Assembly (NCBI GenBank): GCA_964016885.1
Contig: OZ024757.1
Coordinates: 20,398,001-20,462,000 of the forward strand
DNA from: Eledone cirrhosa
Taxonomy: Eukaryota
Reading direction: 5' to 3'
Length of the DNA: 64,000 nucleotides
The first letter of the stretch is position 1, and every line of letters begins with the position of its first letter. The notes below the pieces were generated by a model that did not search any database, was not told the origin of the DNA, and saw nothing but the letters and a program-made list of their open reading frames with translations. Position numbers and translations under genes: made by a program. Positions 39,023 through 52,579 of the stretch are shown here, piece after piece.

Positions 39023-39996
39023 TTTTAGGAATTAATGAGGTAATGCGAATGATATGAGGTTAGCATATGAAAATATATATAAAAAAACATATATATATAT
39101 ATATATATATATATGCTGGGATGAACACTAGGGAATGTGGAAGTGAGTATGGGGTAGAATATGAGGGTGGGCTATAGGAAGAGAGGAGAAAAAAACTTCA
39201 AATTTTAAGATGTCAGAAGAATTAAAATAACTTTTAAATCACACACTCTAAGTGTAATATTAACAAATTCATACACACACACACACACACACACACATGC
39301 ATACACACACACACACATGCATACATACACACACACATACATATGCATATGCACACACAGACACAGACACATCTCTACCTTGTCAGCTACCTTGCTGGCA
39401 GGCAATTTTGTGCATTATAGTGGTAATGCTTAAAATATTCAGAACGAGACTTTTTGTACGTGTATTATACATAATCCCACCATATATGCCTTTGTATACA
39501 CCAGTATTATGAACCACACTATGTTAGTGCCACTGCTAATATATGAGTAGGTAAAAACCCATCCTTCCCTTGTATAATACAGCTTTTCCAAAATTCTTCT
39601 ATTCAAAATAAAAGTGGAGATAATTGGTTTAGGTCGGCTGAATAAAATAGTAACAGCTTCAAGAAAGAAAACAAAGGCTAATAATACATTAGATAGCTTT
39701 CAATAAGGTTTCAAGAGCTTAAATATAATTACTTGAAATATGACTTAAAAAGAAGGGTAAATAATGAAGATTAAATGAAATATAATCTCCCTCGACCCAC
39801 CCCACCCACAATTCGCCAACAATAAATTGATCAATAAAGGTATATATTCTTTAGTAGGAAAAACATTAAAAAAAAAAGTTTGGAAGCAAAATCAGTAATT
39901 GAAATATTGTTTGGGTTATAGAAATATTGTCAAAAGCTGAAAATGAGATAACAAAAGTGAAAAATAAATGAAGCAGCATCCAGTCACACTTTATAT

Positions 39997-40047
<51 letters not shown>

Positions 40048-40085
40048 ATATTAACAAATGGAAAGTATATTTATAAAACCATATT

Positions 40086-40151
40086 TATTTTATTATACAT
40101 ATTTCAAGGGCCACCAAGGCAAATTATGGTGCGCTTTCATCAGATAAAATA
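40086..40151 (-). ncRNA. Minimal hammerhead ribozyme (family HH-C)
   Basis: tattttat-CTGATGA-aagcgcacca...tggtggccctt-GAA-atatgtat-A-ataaaata. Confidence 0.6.
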
Positions 40152-40230
40152 CAATACAGAATTAGTTTTATAAATAAATATTGACATACCCTGAAAAAAG
40201 ACAACCTTAACGGTTGGAGCTTCCTGGATA

Positions 40231-40262
<32 letters not shown>

Positions 40263-40300
40263 CATGGAAAAATAGACATTAAACGCTTATGATGATAATA

Positions 40301-40693
40301 CAAGGGCAATTCCAAAAGTAAGGTCTCCTTCCGATATTGCAACTTTTGCGTTAAAATCATGTGGATGGTGCTTCAGGAAACCTCAGGAACCAAAAGGCAG
40401 AGAGCACCCAGAGTGATCCGCCGATCTTTACGCATGTTTTCCTCGGAAGGAGACCTTACTTTTGGGATTGCCCTCTACATAATAACTGCGCGAAATTCGC
40501 ACTTGGCGGTAGCATTCAACGGGAGCTCCATTCTCAACGGCAGCCAAGCCAAGATTGAGCATCCCAGCGAAGCGCGCGCATGCTTGTTTGGAAGTGAAGG
40601 AAGCACCAATCACAACAGTGTTGCCAACAGCCGTACAAACAGTTTCTCTGCGTCCCCATCGCTTTGGAGACCTTACTTTTGGGATTACTCTCG
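40301..40693. mobile_element. Tc1/mariner-type MITE with an extra internal right TIR
   Basis: ta|caagggcaattccaaaagtaaggtctcc versus ggagaccttacttttgggattactctcg|ta; a second right TIR at about 40449-40476. Confidence 0.7.
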
Positions 40694-40710
40694 TATGTGT
40701 GTATATATAT

Positions 40711-40963
40711 ATATTGTTATACTTTGGGAGGGTCATGTTGCCAATAAGAAACACACGCACCAGTTGCTTTCACTTCAATTTATGACCTCTTCAGTGACTG
40801 AAAGAACTTTGACAATATATAAACAACCATCTGGTTGTGGAATCAACCAACCGGAAATTTATAAATTCCTAAATTTATAAATTTATTATAATAAATTGAA
40901 GTGAAAGCAACTGGTGCGTGTGTTTCTTATTGGCAACATGACCCTCCCAAAGTATAACAATAT
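40711..40963. repeat. Inverted repeat with ~72-bp arms in a (TA)n context (PLE-like inversion remnant)
   Basis: atattgttatactttgggagggtcatgttgcc...tcaatttat and its reverse complement at 40891-40963. Confidence 0.75.
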
Positions 40964-41015
40964 CGGTTTCAACACACGTTTTCAGATAAAGAATCTTGCT
41001 AAACAAATTCAGAAA

Positions 41016-41056
<41 letters not shown>

Positions 41057-41061
41057 CATAC

Positions 41062-41411
41062 AAAACCTACTAGTCAGTAGGCATCTCTAACAAAATACAC
41101 CCCCGTCCCACCCCATCCACACCGCCCCCTTCAATGCAAAGTTATGTTGGTGCCACAACATCCAGGCCGAAACAAACGAGATCGTGTAGGTGTCACGACA
41201 AAAAAACACACAGTCCACGCTGTAATGTGACCGTGTAGGCAACACGGTAAAAACCTCCCAGTCCCACACTGTAAATGTGGTTGGTGTTAGGAAGGGCATC
41301 CAGCTGTAGAAAACCCGCCAGACAGTCCTATGCGAGCAAGACAACCACTCTTGCCTCAAGAGGGAAAACCCCCGTCCAAACCCATGCAAGCGTGGAACAG
41401 GGACGTTAAAC

Positions 41412-41450
<39 letters not shown>
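41062..41450 (+). mobile_element. RTE LINE 3' UTR copy
   Basis: Near-identical to 37323-37725. Confidence 0.8.
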
Positions 41451-41889
41451 ACACACATATATATATATATATGTGCGTATGTATGACTGAAAACTAACCA
41501 ATGAATATGGTGAACTAACACTACAACAGAATCTGTGGTAGCATATGAGAAGGAATCAGGATAATATTCAAGCACTCTCAGACACGAGTCTACATGTTAA
41601 AACATATCTGAGGAGTTTGCAATTCCAGAGTTAGTTTCGATTATTAATAGATCATTCCTTGAGCTAATTGACAGTGAAACATATGTAATGTGTAATTAAA
41701 TATGTATATGATGCCACACTGATTCTTTGTTCCCTTATATATATATATATATATATATCAGAGAGGGTATGATAAAATACTAAATGCACCATAACCCACC
41801 ATACTTGGGGTAGTAGAGTGGGTAATATGAAAAGATTCAGGACCCCGACGGCTAAGTTCCGGCCATTTTAACAGCTAGATCCAAGTTCG

Positions 41890-42475
41890 GATATATACAT
41901 ATATATACATATAGATACATATGTATATATACATATATATACATACATAGGTATATATACACATATATACATATATACAGACGTACGTATATATACACAT
42001 ATATATATATACACACGTACATATATATACACATATACGTATATATACATATATACGTATATATACATACATATACGTATATATACATATATACGTATAT
42101 ATACATACATATACGTATATATACATACATATACGTATATATACATACGTATATATACATACATATACGTATATATATACATACATATATATACACACAC
42201 ACATATATATATATACACACATATATATACACACACATATATATATATACACATATATATATATACACATATATATATATACACATATATATATATATAC
42301 ATACACGTATATACATATATATATACATACATACACGTATATACATATATATATATACGTATATATACATATACATATATATACATATATATACATATAC
42401 ATATATATACATATATATACATATACATATACATATACATATATATATACATATACATATATATACATATACGTA

Positions 42476-42500
<25 letters not shown>
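41890..42500. repeat. (TA)/(TACA)/(TACG) compound microsatellite
   Basis: Direct inspection. Confidence 0.9.
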
Positions 42501-42506
<6 letters not shown>

Positions 42507-43152
42507 GGGTTGGACTGTTCACCTGGATCGCGAGGGGACTCAGTCCGCTGCTGTTGAAGGTGCCTTGTCGTCAGCAGTCTCTCATTTTGATGGGGTGACC
42601 TCCGACCCCCCACCAGCGTACGATACGATTCGCGGGGTGCCAGCATCGGACGCACTTCCCCTTTGGTCTGTCGTCGTGACCCTTTCTCGTCAGGCTGGAT
42701 GGCGCAGCGGTGGTCGCAGAGCGGCGTCCCGTTGAGAAACTGCCCACCACATATGTAGGGTCACTCTTGAGTGCTACTGGTAGCATGTAACCCAGTACAA
42801 CCTGTCGCATGGTCGGCGACTAAACCGGCAACCCCATCAAGTTTACTTGGTGAGGAGGGGGATTTTGGACACCCTGCAGGACAAAAACAAAACCTGACAA
42901 AGGGCGGAAGAACTCATAAGAGTCAGTGGGGCCATCCAAAAGTGTGTAAATATGTATATACACATGTACATATGTATTCATTTCATTACATTCAAACTAC
43001 TACATCAATACTATTGAGAGGAAGGGAAACATATGGAAATGAGAGAGAAAGAAAGAAAGAAGGAACTAATATATAGTTAAAAGTTTTCGCAGACTCTTAT
43101 CGGATTACCTTTAACATTTTATTGTTATACTACATATATATATATATATATA

Positions 43153-43498
43153 TCATCGTCATCATCATCTCATTTTTACGTCCGCTTTTTCCCTGCTTGC
43201 AAAGGTGGGATGGGAACTGATTCTGGCTTGATTTCTACAGCTGGATGCCCTTCCTAACACCAACCTCATTTACAGTGAGTGCTGGGTGCTTTTTTGCCGT
43301 GGCACCTCCACGACCACTTTACAGTGGAATGATAGGGACTCCAGTCCCTATCATCTCATTTCTACAGCTGAGTAAACTGGAGCAATGTGAAATAAAGTGT
43401 CTTGCTCAAGGAAGCAACACATCACCCGGTCTGAGAATTGAACTCACAACGTTTCGATGGCAAGGCCAATGCTCTAACCACTAAGCCATGTGCCTCCA
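43153..43498 (-). mobile_element. SINE-B
   Basis: Reverse-complement match to 4874-5230. Confidence 0.85.
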
Positions 43499-43873
43499 TA
43501 TGTATATGTATATGTGTATATACATGGGTGCATGTGTATGTATATGTGCGGGGACATAGAAATAGTCGGGCTGGGAGTGAAGGACCCCTAGCCTTTGTCA
43601 GGCCATTCTTTTAGGAGAAGGCAACTCAGGAAACTGGGATAACCCCGATATAAAACCTGCGGCTCAGTAGTTACCGATGATGTTGATCTTTTCTTCTTTT
43701 CGGGTTATAGCTACTGTCGCTCAGCGAGTGGAGTTGGCTCAGTGCACAGTCTTTCCTCACTTTAAAAAATATCTTCACGCACAGGCATTGCACGATAGAA
43801 TTAATTAATAATTATTAATAATGGTATATCGTGTAATGGCTATACTCGATAACAAGGGGTCAGCCATCATATG

Positions 43874-43904
<31 letters not shown>

Positions 43905-44944
43905 GTACATATATTACATATGAACATATGTAATATATGATACTCTAAAATCACATAAAAAAATGTGTTTTCCATATACTACAATTAGAATATAATTTGA
44001 GACAAAACGATAAATATAATTATAACTTCTCCGTAAACTAATAAAAATTAGAGTTATCTTTTCCTTTGAAAAGAAGCTTGTTTACATCTAATATCTAGTA
44101 ACATGTAAACTTTACATAAATATTAAAATTTCGTAAATTTATTTCTATCTTGATACAACTATAGAATATATAAAATAGTATACATCTTCTATACTAAAAT
44201 AGAATTACTTCCATATTCTTAAGCCATATATTTAAAATGTAAACATATCTTCGCACAACATATAACTTGTCGTATAAAGCTATATATATATATATCTATC
44301 TAAAATTATTTATCTATCAAATAAATAACATATATACTCACCAAAACTCTTTATATATATATATATATATATATACAACTAACCTCTTATAATATAATAA
44401 AATATACTTATATCTTCATAATATTAAACACACCAGTAGAATAGACCCTATCGTATATACGTGTATATATAAATACAATATATCTCTCGTATTTTAAATT
44501 AATATTCTCTCACTTTAACACATTTATTTCTAATTCACACATTATATTATAAATACTTCCAAAAATATATAATCAAATAATCAAATAAATAAAAATAAAT
44601 ATAATTATTTCGTTCTCTCTACACCCTCACAAATATGTCTTGGACAATTATATACGTACATTCCTATAAATATTCTGTTAGTAACTTTAACATATTTCTT
44701 CTTACAATCTTCGCTTATATTTTCTTCCACTCTAATAATAACCCCCATTATCTTTTCTAATTAAACAAAAAACAAAAATAAACTAATAATTATTTAAATT
44801 TACCTAGCGTCTAAACATGATCTTTTTTAGGTTTAACGTTATCCTCATTAGCATATTCATGATTTCAAGTTCTTCACTATTCAAATAGAACTCACAACAT
44901 TAAATTCTTGTCTGAATATGTCACTATCTGTAAACCAACTTTTG

Positions 44945-45005
44945 TATTTTATCTGATGAGAGCGTACCAAAATGTTGGTACCCTTGAAATATATATAATA
45001 AAATA
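44945..45005 (+). ncRNA. Minimal hammerhead ribozyme (family HH-C)
   Basis: tattttat-CTGATGA-gagcgtaccaa-aatg-ttggtaccctt-GAA-ATATATAT-A-ataaaata. Confidence 0.7.
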
Positions 45006-45046
45006 AATATGGTTCTATAAAGATAGCTTCCATTTATTAATATTAT

Positions 45047-45113
<67 letters not shown>

Positions 45114-45389
45114 TATACACAAATGCTGTCTGTGCTGAAAAGGAGCCATCCAACCCTTGCAAGGAAGGAAAAGCGAGTGTAAAATGATGACAATGATGAT
45201 AAATACATGTGTATGTATATATGATATATATAAATACATGTGTGTGTGTGAGTGTGTATATATGTATATATATATATGTGTGTGTGGTGTGCATGGGTGT
45301 GTTCACATATATATATATAAAGTCTACATACACATACATATATATATATGTACACACACACACAAATATATATAAACACATTCATGCAG

Positions 45390-45427
<38 letters not shown>

Positions 45428-45588
45428 ACATAATGACAGACATATATATACACATGCACACACATATATATGTATACACACACACACACACATATATATA
45501 TAAACACATTCACGCAGACACACACACATACACACACATATATATATATATATATAAACACACACATAATATAAACACATTCACTCAG

Positions 45589-45621
<33 letters not shown>

Positions 45622-45764
45622 AACATAATTGCAGACATATATATACACATGCACACACACATACATTAACACATCATACATGCATACATACAAACACAGA
45701 CACACATTCCGCACACAGACATACACGTACATAGACACATTCACACAACCATCTCTCTTATTTC

Positions 45765-46377
45765 TGTAGTATTGTGTATATAGCTTTTTTGTGTGTGCTT
45801 ATAGTACTGTGTAGATAGCATTGTGAGTATATAGCACTGTGTATATAGCTTTTTTGTGTGTGCTTATAGCATTGTGAGTATATAGCACTGTGTATATAGC
45901 TCTTTTGTGTGTGCTTATAGCATTGTGAGTATATAGCACTGTGTATATAGCTTTTTTGTGTGTGCTTATAGCATTGTGAGTATATAGCACTGTGTATATA
46001 GCTTTTTTGTGTGTGCTTATAGTAGTGTGTAGATAGCATTGTGAGTATATAGCACTGTGTATATAGCTTTTTTGTGTGTGCTTATAGTAGTGTGTAGATA
46101 GCATTGTGAGTATATAGCTTTTTTGTGTGTGCTTATAGTACTGTGTAGATGGCATTGTGAGTATATAGCACTGTGTATATAGCTTTTTTGTGTGTGCTTA
46201 TAGCACTGTGTAGATAGCATTGTGAGTATATAGCACTGTGTATATAGCTTTTTTGTGTGTGCTTATAGTACTGTGTAGATAGCATTGTGAGTATATAGCA
46301 CTGTGTATATAGCTTTTTTGTGTGTGCTTATAGTACTGTGTAGATAGCATTGTGAGTATATAGCACTGTGTATATAA
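45765..46377. repeat. Modular minisatellite (~52-65 bp units)
   Basis: gcattgtgagtatatagcactgtgtatatagcttttttgtgtgtgcttata with or without gtactgtgtagata. Confidence 0.9.
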
Positions 46378-46599
46378 ACTAAACCTATTTTGTAACAATG
46401 GAGGAATAGCACAAATGTGTTCCTACTTTAGAACTGAAGAAAATGTGATTCCTCTTATATTGATAAGCTTGTATTGAATGTCAAAACATCAATCACTTCC
46501 AGCTATCAATGTGTGGGATTGTATGTAGCTTCAGAATATGCTAGAAAGAGCACCCATATATCTCAGAAAAAAAAAACAACAAAGAAATGTACTCAATGT

Positions 46600-47032
46600 C
46601 CTACCTGTATGGACAAGTGATGTGTATGGACAAGTGATGATCATTAGGTGAAGAATTGCCAGTAGCTCTCGGTGGCAGGGAGTTACAGTGGAGGAAGACC
46701 AAGGAAAGCTTGGGCAGAGGTGGTGGGAGGCAGGGAGCTGCAGTGGAGGAAGACCAAGGAAAGCTTGGGCAGAGGTGGTGGGAGGAAGGGAGCTGCAGTG
46801 GAGGAAGACCAAGGAAAGCTTGGGCAGAGGTGGTAGGAGGAAGGGAGCTGCAGTGGAGGAAGACCAAGGAAAGCTTGGGCAGAGAAGGTGGGAGGGGATC
46901 TCAAAACGTTTAACCTTGCAGTATAACCTTACAGAAAAGGAATGTAACAAATGGAACAAGGCTGTGGTGGAAAAGATCCTTACAACCCATATAGGTATAG
47001 AAAAGCAAAAGTAAAAAGGCTGATGATGATGA
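46600..47032 (+). mobile_element. Degenerate RTE 3' end with a 55-bp internal tandem repeat (~3.7 copies)
   Basis: GGRPRKAWAEVV unit at 46686, 46741, 46796 and 46851. Confidence 0.7.
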
Positions 47033-47530
47033 TATTATTGATGAAACCATCTCAACTGTTCTTTCCTTTTGTAATTCAATGTGAAATGAAAAAAAAAAAA
47101 TGGATATATTTTTGAATTGAAATGATATGTGTGTGCATGTGTGAGTGTGTGTAATTTAAAATTAAATAATCTGTATTGAAATTTATCATAATATTTGGTG
47201 GGAACAAGAAACTTAGTTCAATAATATCTGATTTTAATACTCGTTGGTTAGGGCCTGCTTTATTCATAATTCATTTGGCTTGCTTCCCAAATTTTAACTG
47301 AATTTTGCTGCCAATAAAACGCTACTAAATAAGCACTTTCTTACAATATCTCTAGTTTCTTTTTTTTTAAAACCATCTATTGACTAGCTTAAACTTACTG
47401 CCAGCTATATATATATTAATCAATTTATAATGCAGATCAGGAAACAAACAGCATGTGAGATATCAATACAGCTTGAGCAATTGTAATCCACAAAACTTAA
47501 CCTTACAGAGCAGTTGGAGTATAAAGTTAA

Positions 47531-48194
47531 CCCTTTAGCATTCACATTATTTTATATATGCTATTATATTTTCATGGTGAAGGCTTTACCTCACATAACA
47601 TACACATTACTCTATATATACTATTATATTTTCATGGTAAAGGCTTTACCACACATAACATTCACATTACTCTATATATACTATTATATTTTCATGGTGA
47701 AGGCTTTACCTCACATAAACTCACATTACTCTATATATACTATTATATTTTCATGGTGAAGGCTTTACCTCACATAATACCTCACATAACATTCACATTA
47801 CTCTATATATACTATTATATTTTCATGGTGAAGGCTTTACCTCACATAACACTCACATTACTCTATAAATACTATTATATTTTCATGGTTAAGGCTTTAC
47901 CTCACATAATTATCTCACATAACATTCACATTACTCTATATATACTATTATATTTTCATGGTAAAGGCTTTACCTCACATAACATTCACATTACTCTATA
48001 TATACTATTATATTTTCATGGTAAAGGCTTTACTTCACATAATTATCTCTCATAATATCGAATCTATGAGATTTTGAAAGTATTTATTTTGAGAACAATA
48101 CCTTAACATCAGTTTGAGTGACCAGTTACAGTCAGTTTCAACAGATAGAGGTAGAGAATTCTGACCGGTTTTGGCCGGTTTGAACATTAAAGGG
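47531..48194 (+). mobile_element. piggyBac-type MITE with about 8 internal repeats
   Basis: ttaa|cccttt...aaaggg|ttaa; a partial minus-strand copy lies at 61334-61545. Confidence 0.8.
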
Positions 48195-48592
48195 TTAATT
48201 TTGCTTCCTACCTACCTGTCTACCCTCATAAAATATATCTAACATATATATATCTAAATAAGGCAGTCAATTGACAGAGATGTTAGAATGGTATGTGCTA
48301 TTCAGCTCTTTTGCCCTCTGTGTTCAAATCCGGCTCGGGTCAAATTTGTCGTTCATCCTTTCGAGGTGAATTAAAAAACAGGACCAGTCCAATACCAGGA
48401 TTGACTCTCTCACACTCTCTCTATTACACTCTTTCTATCTTCCTCTCTATTACACTGTCTGTCTCATTCTCTGACAGAAATTAGCAATGATTAAACCTGG
48501 AGAGGAGACATGATTCTCTAGGTTTAAATTGGCCAAGACATACCATATGTCACAACGGTGTCTCTTCAACTCCTTCACCAGTTATGGCTCTA

Positions 48593-48928
48593 CATCATCA
48601 TCATCATTTTACATCGCCTTTTCCCTGCTTGCAAGGGTGGGAGGACGGGAACTGATTCTGGCTTGATTTCTACAGTTGGATGCCCTTCCTAACACCAACC
48701 TCATTTACAGTGTGGGCTGGGTGCTTTTTTACTCTGGCGCCTCCACGACCACTTTGCAGTGGAATGATAGGGACCCCAGTCCCTATCATCTCATTTCTAC
48801 AGCTGAGTAAACTGGAGCAATGTGAAATAAAGTGTCTTGCTCAAGGAAACAACACATCGCCCGATCTGAGAATTGAACTCACAACCTTTCGATTGCAAGC
48901 CCAATGCTCTAACCACTAAGCCATGCCT
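48593..48928 (-). mobile_element. SINE-B
   Basis: Reverse-complement match to 4874-5230. Confidence 0.85.
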
Positions 48929-49304
48929 CTATATATATATATAATTCTAAATATGTTCATGTCCCATCTACTCCTTAATTTTTAAAGTAAAAAAAAAAAA
49001 CAAAGAAAACATGAATAGCTGGTTAACTCAGTTGATTAGAATATCTAAAAAAAAAAAAAACCCATTTGATATTAAACCACCTAAAACCACTCCTGGTTCT
49101 ATATTTATATAAAAACCTCCCGTCATAATTTGGTAGTGACCCCCCCAATGACATATTGAGAAAATGGTGGTGACAGCCAATGACACATTATCAAACCGAT
49201 GACGTCATCATACGACAGACAATGACACACTGCCAAGGTGATGATGTCTTCAGATATGACCAGCAATGACAGATTGACACGACACCATCAATTGTGACAC
49301 TGGA

Positions 49305-49775
49305 TGACACGCAGTAATACAGAGTACCCGACCTCCCATGGGTACAAGCTGAAGCATATAGACAATATGCCCCCCCACCCACCCCACTGCAAGGTGGTCG
49401 TGGAGGTGCCACGGCAAAAAAGCACCCAGTCCACACTGTAAAGTGGACGTGTAGGCACCACAAAAAAGCACCCAGCCCACACTGTAAAGTGGACGTGTAG
49501 GCACCACGAAAAAGCACCCAGCCCACACTGTAAAGTGGACGTGTAGGCACGACAAAAAAAGCACCCAGCACTCACTGTAAAGTGGACGTGTAGGCACCAC
49601 AAAAAAAGCACCCAGCACTCACTGTAAATGAGGTTGGTGTTAGGAAGGGCATCCAGCTGTAGAAATCAAGCCATGGTCAGCCGACCAGACACTGCCCACA
49701 ACAGGACAACCCGTCTAACCCATGCTAGCGTGGAAGAACGGACGTAAAACGGTGATGATGATGATGATGATGATA
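49305..49775 (+). mobile_element. RTE 3' end with repeated 48/49-bp UTR unit
   Basis: Homologous to 438-775. Confidence 0.8.
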
Positions 49776-50251
49776 ATGACACGTTGACAAGATGGTGTCA
49801 CTAGAGGTAAAAACAAACCCAAACACACTAAGGACCCAAAGCAGTATGGAACTTTACTTTACATTAATTTTTAAAGAAACACATTGATAATATATTTCAA
49901 CTATAATTTCCATTTGAAATTTAACATCTGGTGTGAGAAGAATATAAAAATACATACAATATACCTTTTCTAATTTCTAACTGGTCTGTATGTTACAAGA
50001 TTATTTATCTACCTGCATCAGGTTACTGAACTGGAACTAATTATTACTCCTATTTCATGGTCCAGTGATTTCTTTACACACCATTCAAAAGCTGAAGTCA
50101 GTCCTTTGATAATTTTCATGCCAATATACAAATTTGTAAAAACCATCCCATAGATTCCAGTGTTGAAACTACATAAAATAAACGACCATATATGCACACA
50201 TATATATAGACATATATATATACATATATGTATATACACGTGTATATATAT

Positions 50252-50596
50252 ATAGGCAAAATAATTAATGAAAGAGTTACAAGCCGTTAAATCATATCTT
50301 TATAAAGCTCTTACACATGTTTCACCCAAATGGGGCTCGTCTGAGGCAGATGTTAAGGTAAAGTTTTAATTATATACCCTATTCGGGTAAAATAATAATT
50401 TTACATCACAGTGCATATACTTAACCATGTGTATTTAATATGCACTGTGATGTAAATTTTACCCGAATAGGGTATATAATTAAAACTTTGCCTCAATATC
50501 TGCCTCAGGTGAGCCCCGTTGGGTGAAACATGTGTCAGAGCTTTATCAAGATATGTTTTAACGGCTTGTAACTCTTTCATTAATTATTTTGCCTAT
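50252..50596. repeat. About 345-bp imperfect palindrome with a degenerate hammerhead in each arm
   Basis: ataggcaaaataattaatgaaagag... versus ...ctctttcattaattattttgcctat; cAGgTGA-gccc..gggt-GAAAC..GTC. Confidence 0.75.
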
Positions 50597-50893
50597 CACC
50601 GTTCTGCTTAATCCTGTACCCTAAATATTAATTTTTTCTAATAAAGTACCAGTAATACACTGGGTATGTGCTGGCCTTGTGCCTAACGTAGAAACAATTA
50701 ATTTTCTCTAATATTTAACCCTGATAACCATAAGGAGTAGCTAGCGGTTAAGGGCTGAAACACTTGCTTGAGGGACTTTCTTCTGCTGTTCAGTTCTCCT
50801 GAGAGATTCTTACCACTTTGGTAATGTGTGGAAAAATATATTGTTACTTTCATGAAATACCTAGGCATTGCCGAGTGCCTCTACTAATTGTAA

Positions 50894-51416
50894 TCTATAT
50901 ATATAAAACTGAGGATGTCTGTCTGTGTGTGTGTGTTTGAATCCCTAAAACTCGAGAAGTACCCAACCAATTTTTTTCAAACTTTACATGTGTATTACTT
51001 ATGTTTCAGGGAGTGTTATGCACATAAATTCAACTTTTTGATCCCCTAGGGCCCGCATTAGGTGAAAAACTGCGTTTTTTCAGCTTTTTAGGGTTTTTTT
51101 TAGGCGTTACATCAGACCGATTTCCTTGAAATTGTAATTATGTATTAGTCAGTCTCTTCTTCATACCATGAGCAAAATCCAACTTTTTTATGGCCTAGGG
51201 CCCGCATTAGGTGAGGCGTGACGTCGAAATCGCATTCAGAGTTATTTCCCTTGGACTGCTTCATTGAGAAAAACTTTTAAGATTATCCAGCCATCAGAGT
51301 ATTCGGTTTATTTTCTTTACATATTGTCCAGGCAAGCAGTTTTTACACGGTTAGGTCTGTTGGCGGCTCGCGTTCCAAAATACCTTATCCCGTGCAACGC
51401 CGGGTACCACTGCTAG
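50894..51416 (+). mobile_element. Non-autonomous Helitron (family H2)
   Basis: a|tctatatatataaaactg start, 3' hairpin cccgtgcaacgccggg, ctgctag|t end. Confidence 0.85.
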
Positions 51417-51569
51417 TATAAAATAAATGTCTAAATGCCACATGATTTAAACTATAAAATGTTAAAGTCAAGATATCAGTAGCAGATAGAGAGAGGGGTA
51501 GAGAGGTCGATAGATAGATGGATGGGTGGGTGGATGGGTGGTTTGGTAGGAAGCTAGGTACAATACTGG

Positions 51570-52578
51570 ATAGATAGGTAACTAGCTAGATAGATATATA
51601 GACATCCAGACAGATAAATAGATAGACAGACATATAGATGGAAGGATGGATGGATAGATAGATAGATAGATAGATGGATGGATGGATAGATAGATAGATG
51701 GATGGATACATAGATAGACAGACATATAGATAGATGGATAAATAGATAGATGGATACATAGATAGATGGATAGATAGATAGACAGACATATAGATAGATA
51801 GATAGATGGATACATAGATAGACAGACATATAGATAGATGGATAAATAGATAGATGGATACATAGATAGATGGATAGATAGATAGACAGACATATAGATA
51901 GATGGATACAACCATCTCGCCAACTGCAACCCTGAGCGCCTCTTTGATCTCCATGTGTCTAACACACGTGGACATGCCTACAAGATAAGAAAACAGCACA
52001 GCTCCCATGACTTTCGCAGACATTTTTTCACGCTCAGAGTTGCTGAAGCATGGAACAAACTGCCTGCATCAGTTGTTAGCTGCCGAGACACTGCATCCTT
52101 TAAGACACTCATGCTTCCCGAAATACGCCAAAACTACACCTGATGTGCCCCTTCCATACACATGCACACATGTGTGTATCATGACTCGTGCACTGTTCAT
52201 TTTACTGATGTTTGTGCATTGCCCTATGTACTGTACATGCACTTTTTTGATGGGTTGTGGTGCACCTGGGCACTGTGCACAATATTTCATTATTGTTATT
52301 GTTATTATATCATGACTCATACACTGTTTATTTTCCTGACATTTGTACATTATTCTATGTACTACACATGCACCTTTGATGAGTTGTAGTGCACCTGAGC
52401 ACTGTACACAATAATTTCATTATTATTATTATTATAGATAGACAGACATATAGATAGATGGATAGATAGATAGATGGATAGATAGATGGATACATAGATA
52501 GACAGACATATACATAGATGGATAGATAGATAGATGGATACATAGATAGATGGATACATAGATAGACAGACATATAGA
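51570..52578. repeat. (GATA/GATG) complex repeat interrupted by a CR1 fragment
   Basis: Direct inspection. Confidence 0.85.
51910..52435 (+). mobile_element. CR1-type LINE 3' end
   Basis: TRGHAYKI...RRHFFTLRVAEAWNKLPASVV...FK motif and (ATT)n tail. Confidence 0.85.
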
Positions 52579-52579
52579 T

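Noticed and set aside
42500-43870. HDV-like ribozyme in GC-rich LINE 5' UTR-like segments (42500-42940, 43560-43870)
   Set aside because: Could not build a convincing nested double pseudoknot by eye; needs an Infernal or RNArobo search
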